Under the pieces are notes generated by a model that saw only the letters and a program-made list of their open reading frames with translations, had not been told where the DNA came from and did not search any database. A DNA stretch of 63,094 nt, filler included, from Phoronis australis (lineage: Eukaryota > Animalia > Phoronida): NCBI GenBank assembly GCA_002633005.1. It is 8 parts of 8 records of this genome, joined end to end, with 100 filler letters (N's around TTAATTAATTAA, not from the genome) between each part and the next. Parts side by side here need not be neighbours in the genome. Positions count along the whole stretch, not along the records: positions 24,593 to 39,228 come from NMRA01001377.1; 7 more parts are not named here. The stretch is one strand, 5' to 3'. Position 1 is the first letter of the stretch. Each line of letters begins with the position of its first letter. This document shows positions 25,756 to 39,328 of the stretch, piece after piece. Position numbers and translations under genes: made by a program.

Positions 25756-26549
25756 ACAGGAGGTTACGAGCTTTCCCGCGTTTATGACGTAGTACTTTAT
25801 ACAGCGCAACCTACACCGAAGAAAATGGCAGAGTCAAAACTAAGGCCGACAAAAAGCTCTACCGATTTTTAAGGTGAACTCTTGGACGTGCATTTTAGAA
25901 TTGAGCAGTATAAATCCAAAATCATTTCTTATGTGAGTAAGAAAAAGTTACAACGACAAGCGGTTCGAATCAAATGTGTGAAGATATGTCGGTGGCATCA
26001 TATGTGACTTACGGAAACTCAACAATCATTGATCACCAACAAAGCTTTTCGAATGTTTTATCATAGTCGCCGTTTGTGTTGTAGAAGAGCTCACTAGTAC
26101 CCCTTAACCGTGTCGCTGAAATCTGAATATAGTGCAAAACTACTTTCGAGTTTTGACGTAGTATTGAAATCCAAAATGGCGGCTGTTTAGATGAGAGAAC
26201 CGATTGGTTGTAATTCAAATATGTGGAACATGCGTCATTTAATATTGTGATTCAACTTAGAAGTTTCTCGCCTAGACGGTATCACAAAATAGGCTTTATA
26301 TTATGTAACGGGCTTCCAGACAACACTAAAAAGATACGATACACATAGAGCTCAGGCTATTTTAGCCAGAATTAATTTTTATCAAGGGCTAATTTCGACT
26401 TTTCTCAGTCTTAAGTGAGTATTCTGCATTTTTAAAGGCATTTAAATCGTGGATCTGTGGAAAATTCCCGAGTTTTATTTGGTAAGTCTTATCGAATCTA
26501 GGCAAAAGTTGCGCTTACTTACTTGTGAACACTTCTGTTGCTGCTGATT

Positions 26550-28520
26550 GTCGCTCGTGACTTCAGCTAGTGAGGTCATGTCATCAGTCGCTTCAATCCC
26601 ATTCCAGAGTACGACCTCAGATGCTCAGGTCCTCTGAGGTGAACTCTGTCCTCAGCACTTGTGACGGTCGTTTTACCAAGTGTCACGTCTATGCAACAAC
26701 TTTTGGCTTCATGTTCTTCTGTTGGTCTTCTTCTCCAATTTCTTTTCGGTATCCATTTTGTGTGCCAAAGCGTTCAGCATTTAGCTTAATCGTGTCTCCA
26801 CGTGTACATTTACGTGTCCTGCGTTAATGCCGCTTAACACACTGACACTAATTGCTGCAGAGTTCCAGGTTCACCGCAGCTTGCACAGGTGTCTTCAAAT
26901 TTCTCCACACTTAAATTCCAAGGAATGTGAATGTAAATTTACATTTTTAAGCACGTTTTCCATTCTCCCTGATTCTTTAAGTCGACTAATACAATTGCTC
27001 TTTTCTGTGCTTCGGTGACGCATATTCCTTCTTACAACATACCTCTTCTTTCTTTCTCCTTGTCGCTTGCGTCATTTGCCCTTGTCTTCCCACACAGACT
27101 GTTCCAAGTATATCATTCTGTCGAAATCTGCTCTTTGTTTCGGCCATTGTCACTTTCCACTTTGTGCCTGACGTAATCATCACCTTTACACCTCTCACCG
27201 AGATATCATTAGAGTCCCTCAGAGTCATCTAGGCTCTAGATTTTCCCATTCCAAACCCAACAATCGTTTGACATTTATAACCCATTAACACTTATTTTAC
27301 AATCCATTTCATATGGTACACTGTAGCATACTGTGTAGGGATGGTTTGGCATTTAACCATTGACCAGTAGTCACTTTGCAAACCTCTCCTCTCACTGCTT
27401 GAGACATGGTGCAATAAAAGTCACAGTATTTATTGTGCCATACTGCAATGTCTTTTGTAAGATGAAGTCCAGAAATCTCAGACCCATCCAAACATAATCG
27501 GTAACATTTTTCGAGTCAGACACTTTAACCCTATTTGAACAGGACAGTATGACTGCACTCCGAAATCGGTTGAACTGTTGCACCAAATATTTTTCATTTG
27601 CCATATCTTCTCAAATATCCCCATTTTCGGAAGACTATCAGTTTTGCTTTAGAACATTTTCAAATGAAGCATCCATTAGTGCTCACAGTCATCAAGTAAT
27701 TAAGTAATTGGTCTTTGCCTAGCAATAACAATATTGGCAATGAGAACCAAGTTATTTGTAAACAGAAATATATAACAATTAAATCTACAGGACCTAATTA
27801 ACTTACAAATCACTTGCAATACAAGCAAAGGGAATTGATTACAGTTTTAATGGACACTCCTTCCAACTCAATCCTCCAAAGAGAAGCAATAATTTAGATT
27901 CCCAGGAGATACTAAGCCATCCAAGCGCTCGACGAACTTGTAGAGCGGCGTGTTGACGTTTTTGCCACTATAGCCAACCTAAATACTCCAATTCAAGAGA
28001 GTATACATAAAACTTGTAAGGTGGTTTAAAGATTGACCTTGTTTTATTTCGACTTAGAACTGGTCTGAAAATGATGTTCATTTCATGAAGGTAGTTTAAA
28101 AGAATACTAAGCAATGTTTTGGCGATTTCAGCCAATCCTCGTTCTGTCACCTAATGCATTATTGGCATTGGCATCAACCTGGAAAGTTAAAAGGAGGAAT
28201 CAACTAAAAACTAATATTCCCTATGCTGCAGGTTGGATATTTTAGTTCTTATTGGGTAGTCTTTCCCCATAGTTGCCTTGTAATTCTCTAAAAACGTAGG
28301 TCACGTTTTCCCGTTTAGCAGACTTCTAATAGAGTTTTCAAACTTTCCTCCAATCTTTTGAGGGTTGTCGAGGGCTGTAGAGCGTTATTTTGTTTCAATG
28401 AATTGGGAGGGAAAGTCCTTGGTATCCTCTTAGCTTTTAGACCAATAGTTTAGTAAAACCTTGTTGAACTCCAGTTCAAACCTGGTCCAATCCGGTTTTC
28501 ATTTCACCACCAAGGTCAAA
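26550..28520 (-). mobile_element. Degraded HERO-like (R2 superfamily) non-LTR retrotransposon
   Basis: MTLRDSND..VR...ITSGTKWKV...AETKSRFRQNDILGTVCVGRQG, QWLNAKPSL, and the CASCGEPGTL...C.AALTQ...YTWRHD zinc-knuckle block in the expected order. The part above 27600 is weak. Confidence 0.65.
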
Positions 28521-29379
28521 ATTTCCTTCACCTGTATTGGGATTTTAATCCAGGTTTAATTATAGACCTACTCAGACCCAGGTTTAACACTGTCAAAGAT
28601 GGATGACATAGGGTTGCGTCCTGTTTGTGTTCGCCTGATTTTACTATTAAAATTGAAAAGTTTTTACAAGTGGGCGGTGCTTCCGCGGAAAACTCATTAC
28701 ATATGGCGGCAGTGAGTACTCATAAATGATGCATGAGTCAGCTTTCACACTCTACGGCGGCCATTTTAGGTCGTAACACACTACTAACAATAAAAATAAG
28801 CTAAACAATTCATATTAAATTCAGTTAAGTTTGAAAATATGTGTTGAATGAGCACTAAGTCGTCTTAAGTTTGGAATTAACTAACCTCCGGTATAATTCG
28901 TTTTATGATTTGTTTAACTAAAAGGAAGTAGAAAGTGTAACGGTACGTTTGTACCTGCGTTTTTCTGAACTGTGCAGCCAATCTGGACCCACTTTACCTC
29001 CAAGCCTACAACTTACGTTGACTTGATTTGTCGTCATTTTTCTTGTTTTCTACAACATTGGCTATTTCTCTAATCAGCAAACGGACCAATCACGTCGGGT
29101 GAAATTGAAAAAGTACTCGAAGCAAGCCACGCGATTCTTCAGTTTTCGATTCGAGTGCCGAGTAACTGTTTGTGGTCACGGGCACTGAATAAACCTTGGA
29201 GTTAAGAAGTAAGGTTTACTTTTTATCCACTTCACTTGGCGTCATGGTGCTAACCTCTTGCCACACAGTAGGAAGTCGTGTGAGGTTCATGAGATCTCAT
29301 GCTGATTTTTTCACGACGTGCAGAGTTCTAGACCATTATATTATGCAATCTGACTCAAAACCATAATTACTGTTAACAA

Positions 29380-30230
29380 TTAGGATGTCAAAATTATAAT
29401 TACAGAATGCCTTAGCCACCCAACTAACTTTCTTAATGGTCAATTCTCCGTCATTCTTGGTTATAAGAGAAAAGTACTGTGACAAATTGAACTATAAATA
29501 GAATTTATAAGTACATGGACAAATTGATTCACCCCGATCAGACGTCATTACCTAAAAGGTGTATTAGCCAAAATATTCGATTAGTTAAAGATTTGATGAA
29601 ATATTACAAACAAAATAAACTTGATGGCCAAATTATATTCCTGGATTTCAAGAAAGCATACGACACCTTAAATTTGGATTTATTGTTCAAAACTTTAAAA
29701 GCCCTCAATTTTGGACAAGGGGTAATAAGTAAAATAAAAATTTTGTATAACAAAATCTCATCCTGTGTGTTAAATAACGGATTCACCACTCGGTACTTAC
29801 GAGGCTTACGACAAGGTGATCCCCTGTAAAGTCCCCTTTTTGTGTTATGTGCAGAACTTATGTCACATTTCATTAGAAAGAATTATTTTCATGGTTTAAA
29901 AATGTACAATAATGAAATCAAAATAACCCAGTACGCGGAAGACACCATTTTGTTCATTCAAGACGAGAATTCCGGAAAAGAATGCTTTAAATTTTTAAAA
30001 CTATTTGGAAATAATTCTGGCTTACATTTAATTCCTGAAAAGTGCGAAGGTTTATATATTTCTGCCCGAGGTTGTGCCCATTGTCTTCAAAAAATGTACA
30101 ATATCTCTTGGCCACGGAAACCTATAAAAAGTCAAGGACTATATTTCGGTCAAATTGGCAAAGCAGTGGAACAGCTAAATTACGGTAATAAAATTCAGAA
30201 ATTAAAAGATCACCACGGGGAGGATTGATG
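29380..30230 (+). mobile_element. L1/Tx1-clade LINE reverse transcriptase pseudo-ORF
   Basis: LIHPDQT, LDFKKAYD, SSCVLNNG, RGLRQGDPL*, ITQYAEDT, with an in-frame stop and deletions. Confidence 0.9.
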
Positions 30231-30289
30231 TTGTAAAAACTTAAGCTTTGTCAAGGTTGGTTCACGTTTTAGCCCATATCGAAGTTACA

Positions 30290-30642
30290 AAAAATAGGAT
30301 TATAGAAACCCTTTGTCTCTGGCCCATGACATAATTTCGTTTTCCGAGTCTATACTCCAGTCTTACCCTTCTGTGCAGTCGGTCATCATCGGCATGGTGT
30401 TCCTCCGTTTCCATGATGACGGCACTTTTAATACGCGTTGCCAATCCCTTAACTTTCACCTCCTCGCCGACCATCCCACAGTCTTTCTTTGGACCCATAG
30501 GGGTGGGTTCTGGCAAGACCCCGCTTTACACCTTTACCGCCCCGACCTCATTCACCTTAACCCTTCAGGCATCCGTAAGCAAGCTCTCAGCGTCCGCTTC
30601 GCTTTCGGACATCGCTTCCGCCGCCTGGGTCTCATCTCGTAA
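30290..30642 (+). mobile_element. SGNH/GDSL hydrolase-like ORF fragment typical of Ngaro (DIRS-like) retrotransposons
   Basis: VFLWTHRGGFW...RPDLIHLNPSGIRK..SVRFA resembles SGNH block V (DxxHLN..G). A LINE ORF1 esterase origin is not excluded. Confidence 0.6.
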
Positions 30643-30820
30643 TTGTCCCTTATCTCATACCCCCAGTTAATTTCTTGTATATTTTCAGTATTCACGTTAT
30701 TATCTTACTGTCCCATTCCTCGGTCCCCTTTCACATCTTCTTCTTTCATTACTACTTTCAGGTACGACCGTTCGGTAACCCACTGGTAGTAGTTTAGTAT
30801 GTCATAATATATGTGACCTT

Positions 30821-31469
30821 TTATACCACAATATTAGCCTCGAATGAGTGAGATAACATTTTGGCGGGAAACCGAGGCCGGATTCAAACCCGGACCTCAA
30901 GAGTTGCGAGTCGCCGACTTTACCACTACACCACTCAGCGGCTGACGTCATCGAACGTGAAAATAGAATACTTAAATGAGCATGCGCAACAATCGCATGT
31001 TCAGCAAAGGGCACTGCACCGAGATTTATACGCTATGAAAAATAAGACGCATAATTTCCATAAAAACGATATTTTAATTCTGTGAAATTTTTCTCTCGTG
31101 TTCTCTCCCTTGTAAATCACCGATCTCCAAATTGAATGCGGTTATCGTGTCGTCGGGATCCTTTGACTTGAGCACTATAGTCAGTTACTAGTGGTGACCT
31201 ACTTTAGCAGACCATATTTTCCCGGTCGAAGCTTAGCGTGATAAAATGTGTAGTAAGCTATAAACCTTAATTTATAGATTCACTTTATTTCTATTTTGAT
31301 TAAATTTTCAATTGGTTTTGACTATAAGCATTATTTGACAAAAATAGCTCGGCTTTTTCACGAACTCCGACCCCGGGCCTCTGACATAGAAAGTAGTTAC
31401 AAAGCCGAGGCGAGTCGAGAAAGGTAGATCGATTCATTGCAATGTTTCTCGTTCAGTATGTGGTATAAA
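30821..31469. mobile_element. MITE (TTATACCACA...TGTGGTATAA) containing a tRNA-derived segment; copy at 32795-33484
   Basis: Terminal inverted repeats are visible. An uninterrupted version of the flank occurs at 35160-35180 and 35668-35690. Confidence 0.7.
30872..30942 (-). repeat. tRNA-like/SINE-head sequence inside the MITE (copies ~32885-32950 and ~34905-34960)
   Basis: Minus strand TGGTGTAGTGG (A-box) and CCGGGTTTGAATCCGG (T-arm/B-box). Stems are imperfect and the other copies are degraded. Confidence 0.6.
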
Positions 31470-31627
31470 TAGATTATTACATGTTCGCAGTCGTTATTCC
31501 CCTAGAGCCCTCGTGGATTTTGGAGAATTATCACCCTCGGGGCTAACGTCCCTCGGGCGATAACTCTCCAAAATCCACTCGGGCTCTAGATAACGGGGGA
31601 TAACGACTTCGCCATGTAATAATCTAT
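31469..31627. mobile_element. ~160-bp palindromic hairpin MITE (ATAGATTATTACATG...CATGTAATAATCTAT); copies at 33486-33648 and partial 35053-35123
   Basis: The left and right halves are reverse complements around ccctcggggctaacgtccctcggg. Confidence 0.85.
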
Positions 31628-31884
31628 ATTTATCTCATCTACATGTGTTGTTTCACTGCAAACTAGCTTCGGTATCGCTTCGCAGTTAGCGCATATAAAA
31701 ATCATTTAAGTATTAAATTATTTTATGTAAGCTATACTGCATCGTCCTCATTATCTTGTCTCATCTACATGTGTTGTTTAACTGTAAACTAGCTTCGGTA
31801 TCGCTTCGCAGTTAGCGCACATAGAAATTTAATGACTACCGCCTCAACGGAATGCGAGCAGGTCAAGCTCTATTTAACACGTGA

Positions 31885-32100
31885 TACTCTTACTGGATTG
31901 CACAGAAAATTATTTTCGGACAACTTAAAGTCAAAGTTTCCAGACATTGAAATTGCACTCAAAGTATGAAGGTGACAACTGTCCATCTTCGCAGCAAAAT
32001 GGGGAAACAGCGTTTAAACTGGCTGTCGCTCATCTGTATGGAAAATGAAATTCTGGACTCTGTTAACTTTGATTCCTTAGCAATTCTCCTAAAAGAAAGT
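31885..32100 (+). mobile_element. hAT transposase C-terminal dimerisation-domain fragment (copy 1)
   Basis: NLKSKFPDIEIALKV..., then HLRSKMGKQRLNWLSLICMENEILDSVNFD (hATC-like). Confidence 0.8.
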
Positions 32101-33905
32101 TCGCAAATGCTTGCCTTGAATTCCCGGGCCCTACATTGGCGGTTCAAAAATGGCCAAATTCAAAGTATGATAAAATGAGAATCAAGCCGTTTAGTAAGTC
32201 AAAAATAGGACATACCGGTATGAATTCCATTTCGATCACAAAATAAATCAGAAAACCAGAACACGTTTCAAAATTAAATCAAAACAATCGATTTCGCAAT
32301 TCAGTGAAACGGATGCTCCAAGTCATTAGACATAATTACCAAAGTACCGGCGATATAAGTCTCAATATGCCTTAAAAAGCAATTTAGTTAACAATTAATA
32401 TCTCGCTGTTCCGTTTCCGCATGCGTGGTTCGTAGTCCTACCGTCTGATTGTCATGTATCTTGAAAAGCACTTCATGAATTAATACTGTTAAAAATTTAA
32501 CCTTGCTCGTTAATTATTGACGTGCACTACTTTCAGCATATCGGTAAGTCTATTGATAAATACACGTGTACTTGTTGATGCACAATTTACGTTTTTATTG
32601 CTATGAACATTTGGTTAATATAAAAGTGGCCCCACTAAACTGCTGTGCCGGAAGCCTTGTATTGTCAAAGAGACCCTGGAGTTTTTGTTCATTTTCAGAG
32701 GATATTAAATTTTCTTCAAAGGGGAAAATCCCAACCCGAGGATTGCTTACCCACCTTTACAGTTCAACATGTTATATAACTTTTGTAATTACTGTTATAC
32801 CACAATATTAGCGTCAAATGGCAGATACAACCGTGTAATAACCCATAAAGTTATCTCACTAGTGAGATAACATTTTGGCGGGAAACCGAGGCCGGATTCA
32901 AACCCGGACCTCGCGAGTCGCCGACTTTACCACTACACCACTCAGCAGCTGACGTCATCGAACGTGAAAATAGAATACTTAAATGAGCATGCGCAACAAT
33001 CGCATGTTCAGCAAAGGGCATTGCACCGAGATTTATACGCTATGAAAAATAAGACGCATAATTTCCATAAAAACGATATTTTAATTCAGTGAAATTTTTC
33101 TCTCGTGTTCTCTCACTTGTAAATCACCGATCTCCAAATTGAATGCGGGTATCGTGTCGTCGGGATCCTTTGACTTGAGCATTATAGTCAGTTACTAGTG
33201 GTGACCTACTTTAGCAGACGATATTTTCCCGGTCGAAGCTTAGCGTGATAAAATGTGTAGTAAGCTATAAACCTTAATTTATAGATTCACTTTATTTCTA
33301 TTTCGATTAAATTTTCAATTGGTTTTGACTATAAGCATTATTTTACAAAAATAGCTCGACTTTTCTTAAAAGGTCACGAACTCCGACCCCGGGCCTCTGA
33401 CATAGAAAGTAGTTACAAAGCCGAGGCGAGTAGAGAAAGGTAGATCGATTCATTGCAATGTTTCTCGTTCAGTATGTGGTATAAATAGATTATTACATGT
33501 TCTCAGTCGTTATTCCCCTTATCTAGAGCCCTCGTGGATTTTGGAGAATTATCACCCTCGGGGCTAACGTCCCTCGGGCGATAATTCTCCAAAATCCACT
33601 CGGGCTCTAGATAACGAGGGATAACGACTTCGCCATGTAATAATCTATATTTATCTCATCTACATGTGTTGTTTCACTGCAAACTAGCTTCGGTATCGCT
33701 TCGCAGTTAGCGCATATAAAAATCATTTAAGTATTAAATTATTTTATGTAAGCTATACTGCTTCGTCCTCATTATCTTGTCTCATCTACATGTGTTGTTT
33801 AACTGTAAACTAGCTTCGGTATCGCTTCGCAGTTAGGGCACATAGAAATTTAATGACTACCGCCTCAACGGAATGCGAGCAGGTCAAGCTCTATTTAACA
33901 CGTGA

Positions 33906-34121
33906 TACTCTTACTGGATTGCACAGAAAATTATTTTCGGACAACTTAAAGTCAACGTTTCCAGACTTTGAAATTGCACTCAAAGTATGAAGGTGACAAC
34001 TGTCCACCTTCGCAGCAAAATGGGGAAACAGCGTTTAAACTGGCTGTCGCTCATCTGTATGGAAAATGAAATTCTGGACTCTGTTAACTTTGATTCTTTA
34101 GCAATTCTCCTACAAGAAAGT
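33906..34121 (+). mobile_element. hAT transposase dimerisation-domain fragment (copy 2)
   Basis: Duplicate of 31885-32100. Confidence 0.8.
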
Positions 34122-37100
34122 TCGCAAATGCTTGCCTTGAATTCCCGGGCCCTACATTGGCGGTTCAAAAATGGCCAAATTCAAAGTATGATAAAATGAG
34201 AATCAAGCCGTTTAGTAAGTCAAAAATAGAACATACCGGTATGAATTCCATTTCGATCACAAAATAAATCAGAAAACCAGAACACGTCTCAAAATTAAAT
34301 CAAAACAATCGATTTCGCAATTCAGTGAAACGGATGCTCCAAGTCATTAGACATAATTACCAAAGTACCGGCGATATAAGTCTCAATATGCCTTAAAAAG
34401 CAATTTAGTTAACAATTAATATCTCGCTGTTCCGTTTCCGCATGCGTGGTTCGTAGTCCTACCGTCTGATTGTCATGTATCTTGAAAAGCACTTCATGAA
34501 TTAATACTGTTAAAAATTTAACCTTGCTCGTTAATTATTGACGTGCACTACTTTCAGCATATCGGTAAGTCTATTGATAAATACACGTGTACTTGTTGAT
34601 GCACAATTTGCGTTTTTATTGCTATGAACATTTGGTTAATATAAAAGTGGCCCCACTAAACTGCTGTGCCGGAAGCCTTGTATTGTCAAAGAGACCCTGG
34701 AGTTTTTGTTCATTTTCAGAGGATATTAAATTTTCTTCAAAGGGGAAAATCCCAACCCGAGGATTGCTTACCCACCTTTACAGTTCAACATGTTATATAA
34801 CTTTTGTAATTACTGTTATACCACAATATTAGCGTCAAATGGCAGATACAACCGTGTAATAACCCATAAAGTTATCTCACTAGTGAGATAACGATTTGGC
34901 GGGAAACCGGGACCTTGAGTTAGCTGGTCGCCGACCTTAACCACTGCACCACGCAGCGGCTGACGTCATCAAGAGTGAAAATAGAATACTTAAATGAGCA
35001 CGCGCAATAATCGCACGTTCAACAAACCGCATAGTACTGTACTTATACGCTANCGATAATTCTCCAAAATCCACTCGGGCTCTAGATAACGGGGGATAAC
35101 GACTTCGCCATGTAATAATCTATATATATCTGTAGTAGTTTAGTTTGTCATAATATATATGACCTTTTATCTCAACTACACGTGTTGTTTCACTGTAAAC
35201 TAGCTTCGGTATCGCTTCGCAGTTAGCGCATATAAATACTATTTAAGTATTAAATTATTTTATGTAAGCTATACTGCCTCGTCCTCATTATCATATTGTT
35301 TGGATTCTCAGGTCAGTGACCCTCTTTGTTATACGATTATTGGTTCAATTGTACCACGTGATCTCTTTGTCTTGTCGCAACACTGGGCCATCGTCCACAA
35401 TTCTCTCCAACTTTCATTTTTCACTCAATTTCTCTTTCCCTCCCTCCCTCAAACCAATTTTCTTTCTTTCTCTGTTATTCTCAAATTTCACATGTCGCTG
35501 TTCCAGTGTTGCTGTTATGCTTCTGCATATTGTTTCTTAACTTACTATTCACCACTTGTGTATACCTTCATTGGAGGCAGATTGTCACCCACCTTTACAG
35601 TTCAACATGTTATATAACTTTTGTAATTACTGATATCTGTAGTAGTTTAGTTTGTCATAATATATATGACCTTTTATCTCAACTACACGTGTTGTTTCAC
35701 TGTAAACTAGCTTCGGTATCGCTTCGCAGTTAGCGCATATAAATCTATTAATCCCAGGCACTAGCGAAAACCATAAGGCCAAAGAAAAATTCCGCAGACA
35801 AATGCAATACGCTGGGTGCTTAACAGTTTCAGCCCACTTATTGGCCATCCAAATGTTGACCAATTGTTTTTTTAATGCAAAACAGTGCTGGATCAATGTT
35901 AATGCTGAAATTTTTGGTTCAGGCATTTTGGATATATTTGAAGAAAATTAAATTACTTGAATTGATAGAGAGTGGTCAACAATAACATAAAATATTGAAT
36001 TTATTTCCCTATATTGCATTGTTACATAGCATGGCACAATTAAAAACAAAAACAAGATACCGATCAATTAAACGCAAACGTAGCTTGGGTATTTATTTGT
36101 TTATCAATGGTTACAGAAGCCTGTTAAAAGTGAGAAAAAAGTTGAAATAATATGACATTGGGTAATTTATTAGAACAAGTGTATTGAGGTCTAATGATCA
36201 ATTGTCAAATCAAACGTTGGATTTTATTCAGAAAAAGACGAGGTTTGCAGCCACTTTAAAATTTGTGTAAGACAGCCTCTACGAATTTATCAGATGACAC
36301 TTGTTTTCTATCTTATACAACACGATTTACATAATTTCCTAAATGTTTTGAAGCTTATCAAAGGGAAAAGTTATGATTAGGGTAAAGGGGATCGAAAGTG
36401 TCTGCTCTGTAGACAGATTTAGATGTTGCATAAGTTTTCACTTGGTATCAACAATCTCTTTTATCATGAAACAAGTTCATTTGAGTGGCGGATACATAAT
36501 ATTGAAAGTTTTTTCATGCACAGTCAATGAGTTACGCACCAATTAATGTTTTCGGCTATGGGTTGTACAGCCTTTGTTAAACTAACGATGTTGTGAATGG
36601 GTTGGACGCGCGACGTCATCCTTATCGGCCGTCTGACCCACTCGTAACATCAATAGTTTGGTAAAGGCCGTAGCCGAAAATGTTTTAACATTTTACGTAC
36701 CAGTTAAAACTGATACGTAAATAAGAGACTGTGTATGAAGAACCTTCCCATATTAGTCTCTCACCTAACTTGTTTTCGTTTGTAGCGTTTATGCTCAGCC
36801 CAATGTTCGTAAAAGCATGTAATGAATTCACTTTTTCTAAAATAAGTTTGTCGGACTAAAACACCAATTGTCTCACCCCACTATATAAGGGAGTTTGCGG
36901 CGTAATTGTGGACTCCTAAACCCTTAATGCTCAGAGTCGAGTTTGTTGTCACTGTAAATATCTGGAAAATCTCCACAGCTCTACACTAATACTGGTTTGG
37001 GGAGGAAAAAAGAAAATGAAACGAAATTTATCTTGACCCATCTAATGACACCGAACGGTGCAAGAAAATAATTAAACAAAATACACATGGAACAGTGGTT

Positions 37101-38649
37101 TTGTTTTGCCAGCTAATGGCAAAAAATTCAAATTCTAATAGTGGAAACAAATACATCACGACAGACACTTAAAAAGCAGATTCACGTTGGGCATTTATGT
37201 ACTCGCAGCTAATCACTTGTTGCAATAAACCTTGCCACAGCCAGTGGTCCAATTTACCCGACTGAAGCAAGTTTCAGAATTTATGATGTTGAGAATTTGT
37301 CCATGGCGGAGATGTGTTAATGTTAATTAAGTTATGTCATGTGTTCAGTAAATTCGATATTTAAGCAAAACATATTGAACGGCCGTTGTCATTTTCACAA
37401 TTAAAACTTTCGGTAACCCTGTGTATATGGCCTGTTTTGGGGGGGTTCGCTGTAAATAAATAGCCTAGGAATAAGTCGTAAAAGTATGGTGATAAGTTAA
37501 GTTATTTTACTTGACAATTTTGTAGTTTGAGTGTTGTTGTTGGAGCAATTGCAAGTCACAAAGACATTTTTCAATTTCTAACAAATCGAATTGTTTGAGT
37601 GATCCTTCGTTTTGTTAATCAACGAGAAACCAAGGGCATAATCCTCCAAAAGTGCTCCTCACTGTAGCTCTGGAAAGGAGTGTATCGGATTCTGGACACT
37701 GTTTCGGTACGCCAGCGTAATTTGTTTTTTAAATTTACGCTAATCAAGGTGTGACGGGACGTTCGTAACTTTATTGTTATTCTTATTTAGTTGCAAATGT
37801 TCAGTTATTCTTATGCTAATGTCTTTGTTGCGTCTCAGTGCGCCTNGTCTCTGTTCGCCTTTGTTACGGGGGCATGTGGGCGCGACTGTATGTGTCGGGC
37901 ACTTCGCTAGCGACAGGCTTAGAAGAAGGGTGTTTCCTTCCTTTGCTATCATGGAAATTGATCGTTGTCATATGAAATTGAACTGAAACGTATGCTGATG
38001 AGAGGAAATACATATTTCTTATGTTCAGTGGAGACTTGCTCTGTTACATAAAATTTTCAGATACTATACCATATGCACCGTTCATCAACAGGTTGTTAGG
38101 AATTGTTACGAGAAGCTATCCAAATGATAAAAATCTAAATTTGCATGAAGTGAAAACGAATATAAAAAACTTTTAGAGAGTTTTTGAGATTTCAGCTCGA
38201 ACATTTATATGAAAGAAAATTCGGTCAATAAATTGTTGATGACGTTGTTTCGTTATCGATGTACCTTCCTTTTTTTGCTAAATATTACTAAAACCACATG
38301 GTCATATAATCCAAATCATGGCAGATCGATTAAAATTCAAAAAACAAATTCTACAGGTTTTTACTTGCACAAAATATCTAAACTTTTACTGAGTTAGAAT
38401 CTATAATTTTGAATATTTGGCTAAATACTCTGACCTGTTAATAAATCTACATCAATTGTATCCTTTGTGATACAAGGATTTAGTAATCATTAAGACGCTT
38501 CCAGGTACAGTTCACCAGATAACATTTAAAACCAATTACGCAGCACAACAAAATAGATGATGTTGATGACAATTTGCCCCAAAACAGACACAGTTCTTCA
38601 AAGAGAAGAGTTCAGCATGCCTGAGACTGAAACGTAAAACCCAACTTGC

Positions 38650-38791
38650 CCTTCTAGGTGGCGCTTGCTTCCCATGCACCATTTGTGATGGCATCTGTTC
38701 TGACTCTCCAAGTCGGAAGCCTGACCCTATGAATGCTGGTGAAAAATTGTCTTCGTTGGCGCCACCAGATGGCACTTCCTCCGCACCATGA
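38650..38791 (-). CDS. NSFL1C: NSFL1 cofactor p47 internal exon (HGAEEVPSGGANEDNFSPAFIGSGFRLGESEQMPSQMVHGKQAPPRR)
   Basis: ttccattccag| acceptor. HGA...FxGxGxRLG (SHP-box-like) precedes the SEP domain in p47/UBXN2 proteins. The exon ends at AGG|gcaagt. No other exons were found. Confidence 0.75.
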
Positions 38792-39147
38792 CTGGAATGG
38801 AAGCAAGTTTGTCTACATTGTGAGAAACGAGAATAATGTCTTCATAATGAAAAAGTTGTCTAATATAACACATATCTGCCAAATATCAACTCATAATTAT
38901 GGCAATGGCACAATGCGACGATTAGTAATAATTCCCTCCGTGGAATCAGAACGCAGTAAAACAATGGCAAAAATGAACTGAGCTGAATTTACAAACGAAA
39001 CTTTCAAAGCTTAGTTTCTCTTTTGCAGTTAAGGCTCCCAATTGAAATGCAACCAATTAACTTTATGTGAATGAAAAGCAAAGCTTTGTACATGAGATCA
39101 GCACAATATCTCATCTGTTACGGATGTTACCTTCAAGTACAGTAGGC

Positions 39148-39227
39148 GGGGCTTGCAATGACCAAGTACAGGGCTTGCAATGACCAAGTACAGGGCTTGC
39201 AATGACCAAGTACAGGGCTTGCAATGA
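39148..39227. repeat. 22-bp minisatellite (gggcttgcaatgaccaagtaca) at a contig end
   Basis: Directly visible. Confidence 0.9.
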
Positions 39228-39328
39228 CNNNNNNNNNNNNNNNNNNNNNNNNNNNNNNNNNNNNNNNNNNNNTTAATTAATTAANNNNNNNNNNNNNNNN
39301 NNNNNNNNNNNNNNNNNNNNNNNNNNNN

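Larger units (their letters stand above)
30821..35050. repeat. Near-identical tandem duplication of a ~2.02-kb composite unit (starts 30821, 32795; partial 34816)
   Basis: Duplicate ORFs are offset by exactly 2021 bp (31966/33987 and 32566/34587). Few SNPs or indels. Confidence 0.95.

Noticed and set aside
30872-30942. Functional tRNA gene
   Set aside because: Stems are imperfect, it is embedded in a MITE, and sister copies carry deletions. Treated as a tRNA-derived repeat.
38760-38776. CTCF-like motif CCACCAGATGGCAC
   Set aside because: It falls within the p47 coding exon (VPSGG codons), and a single match can arise by chance.
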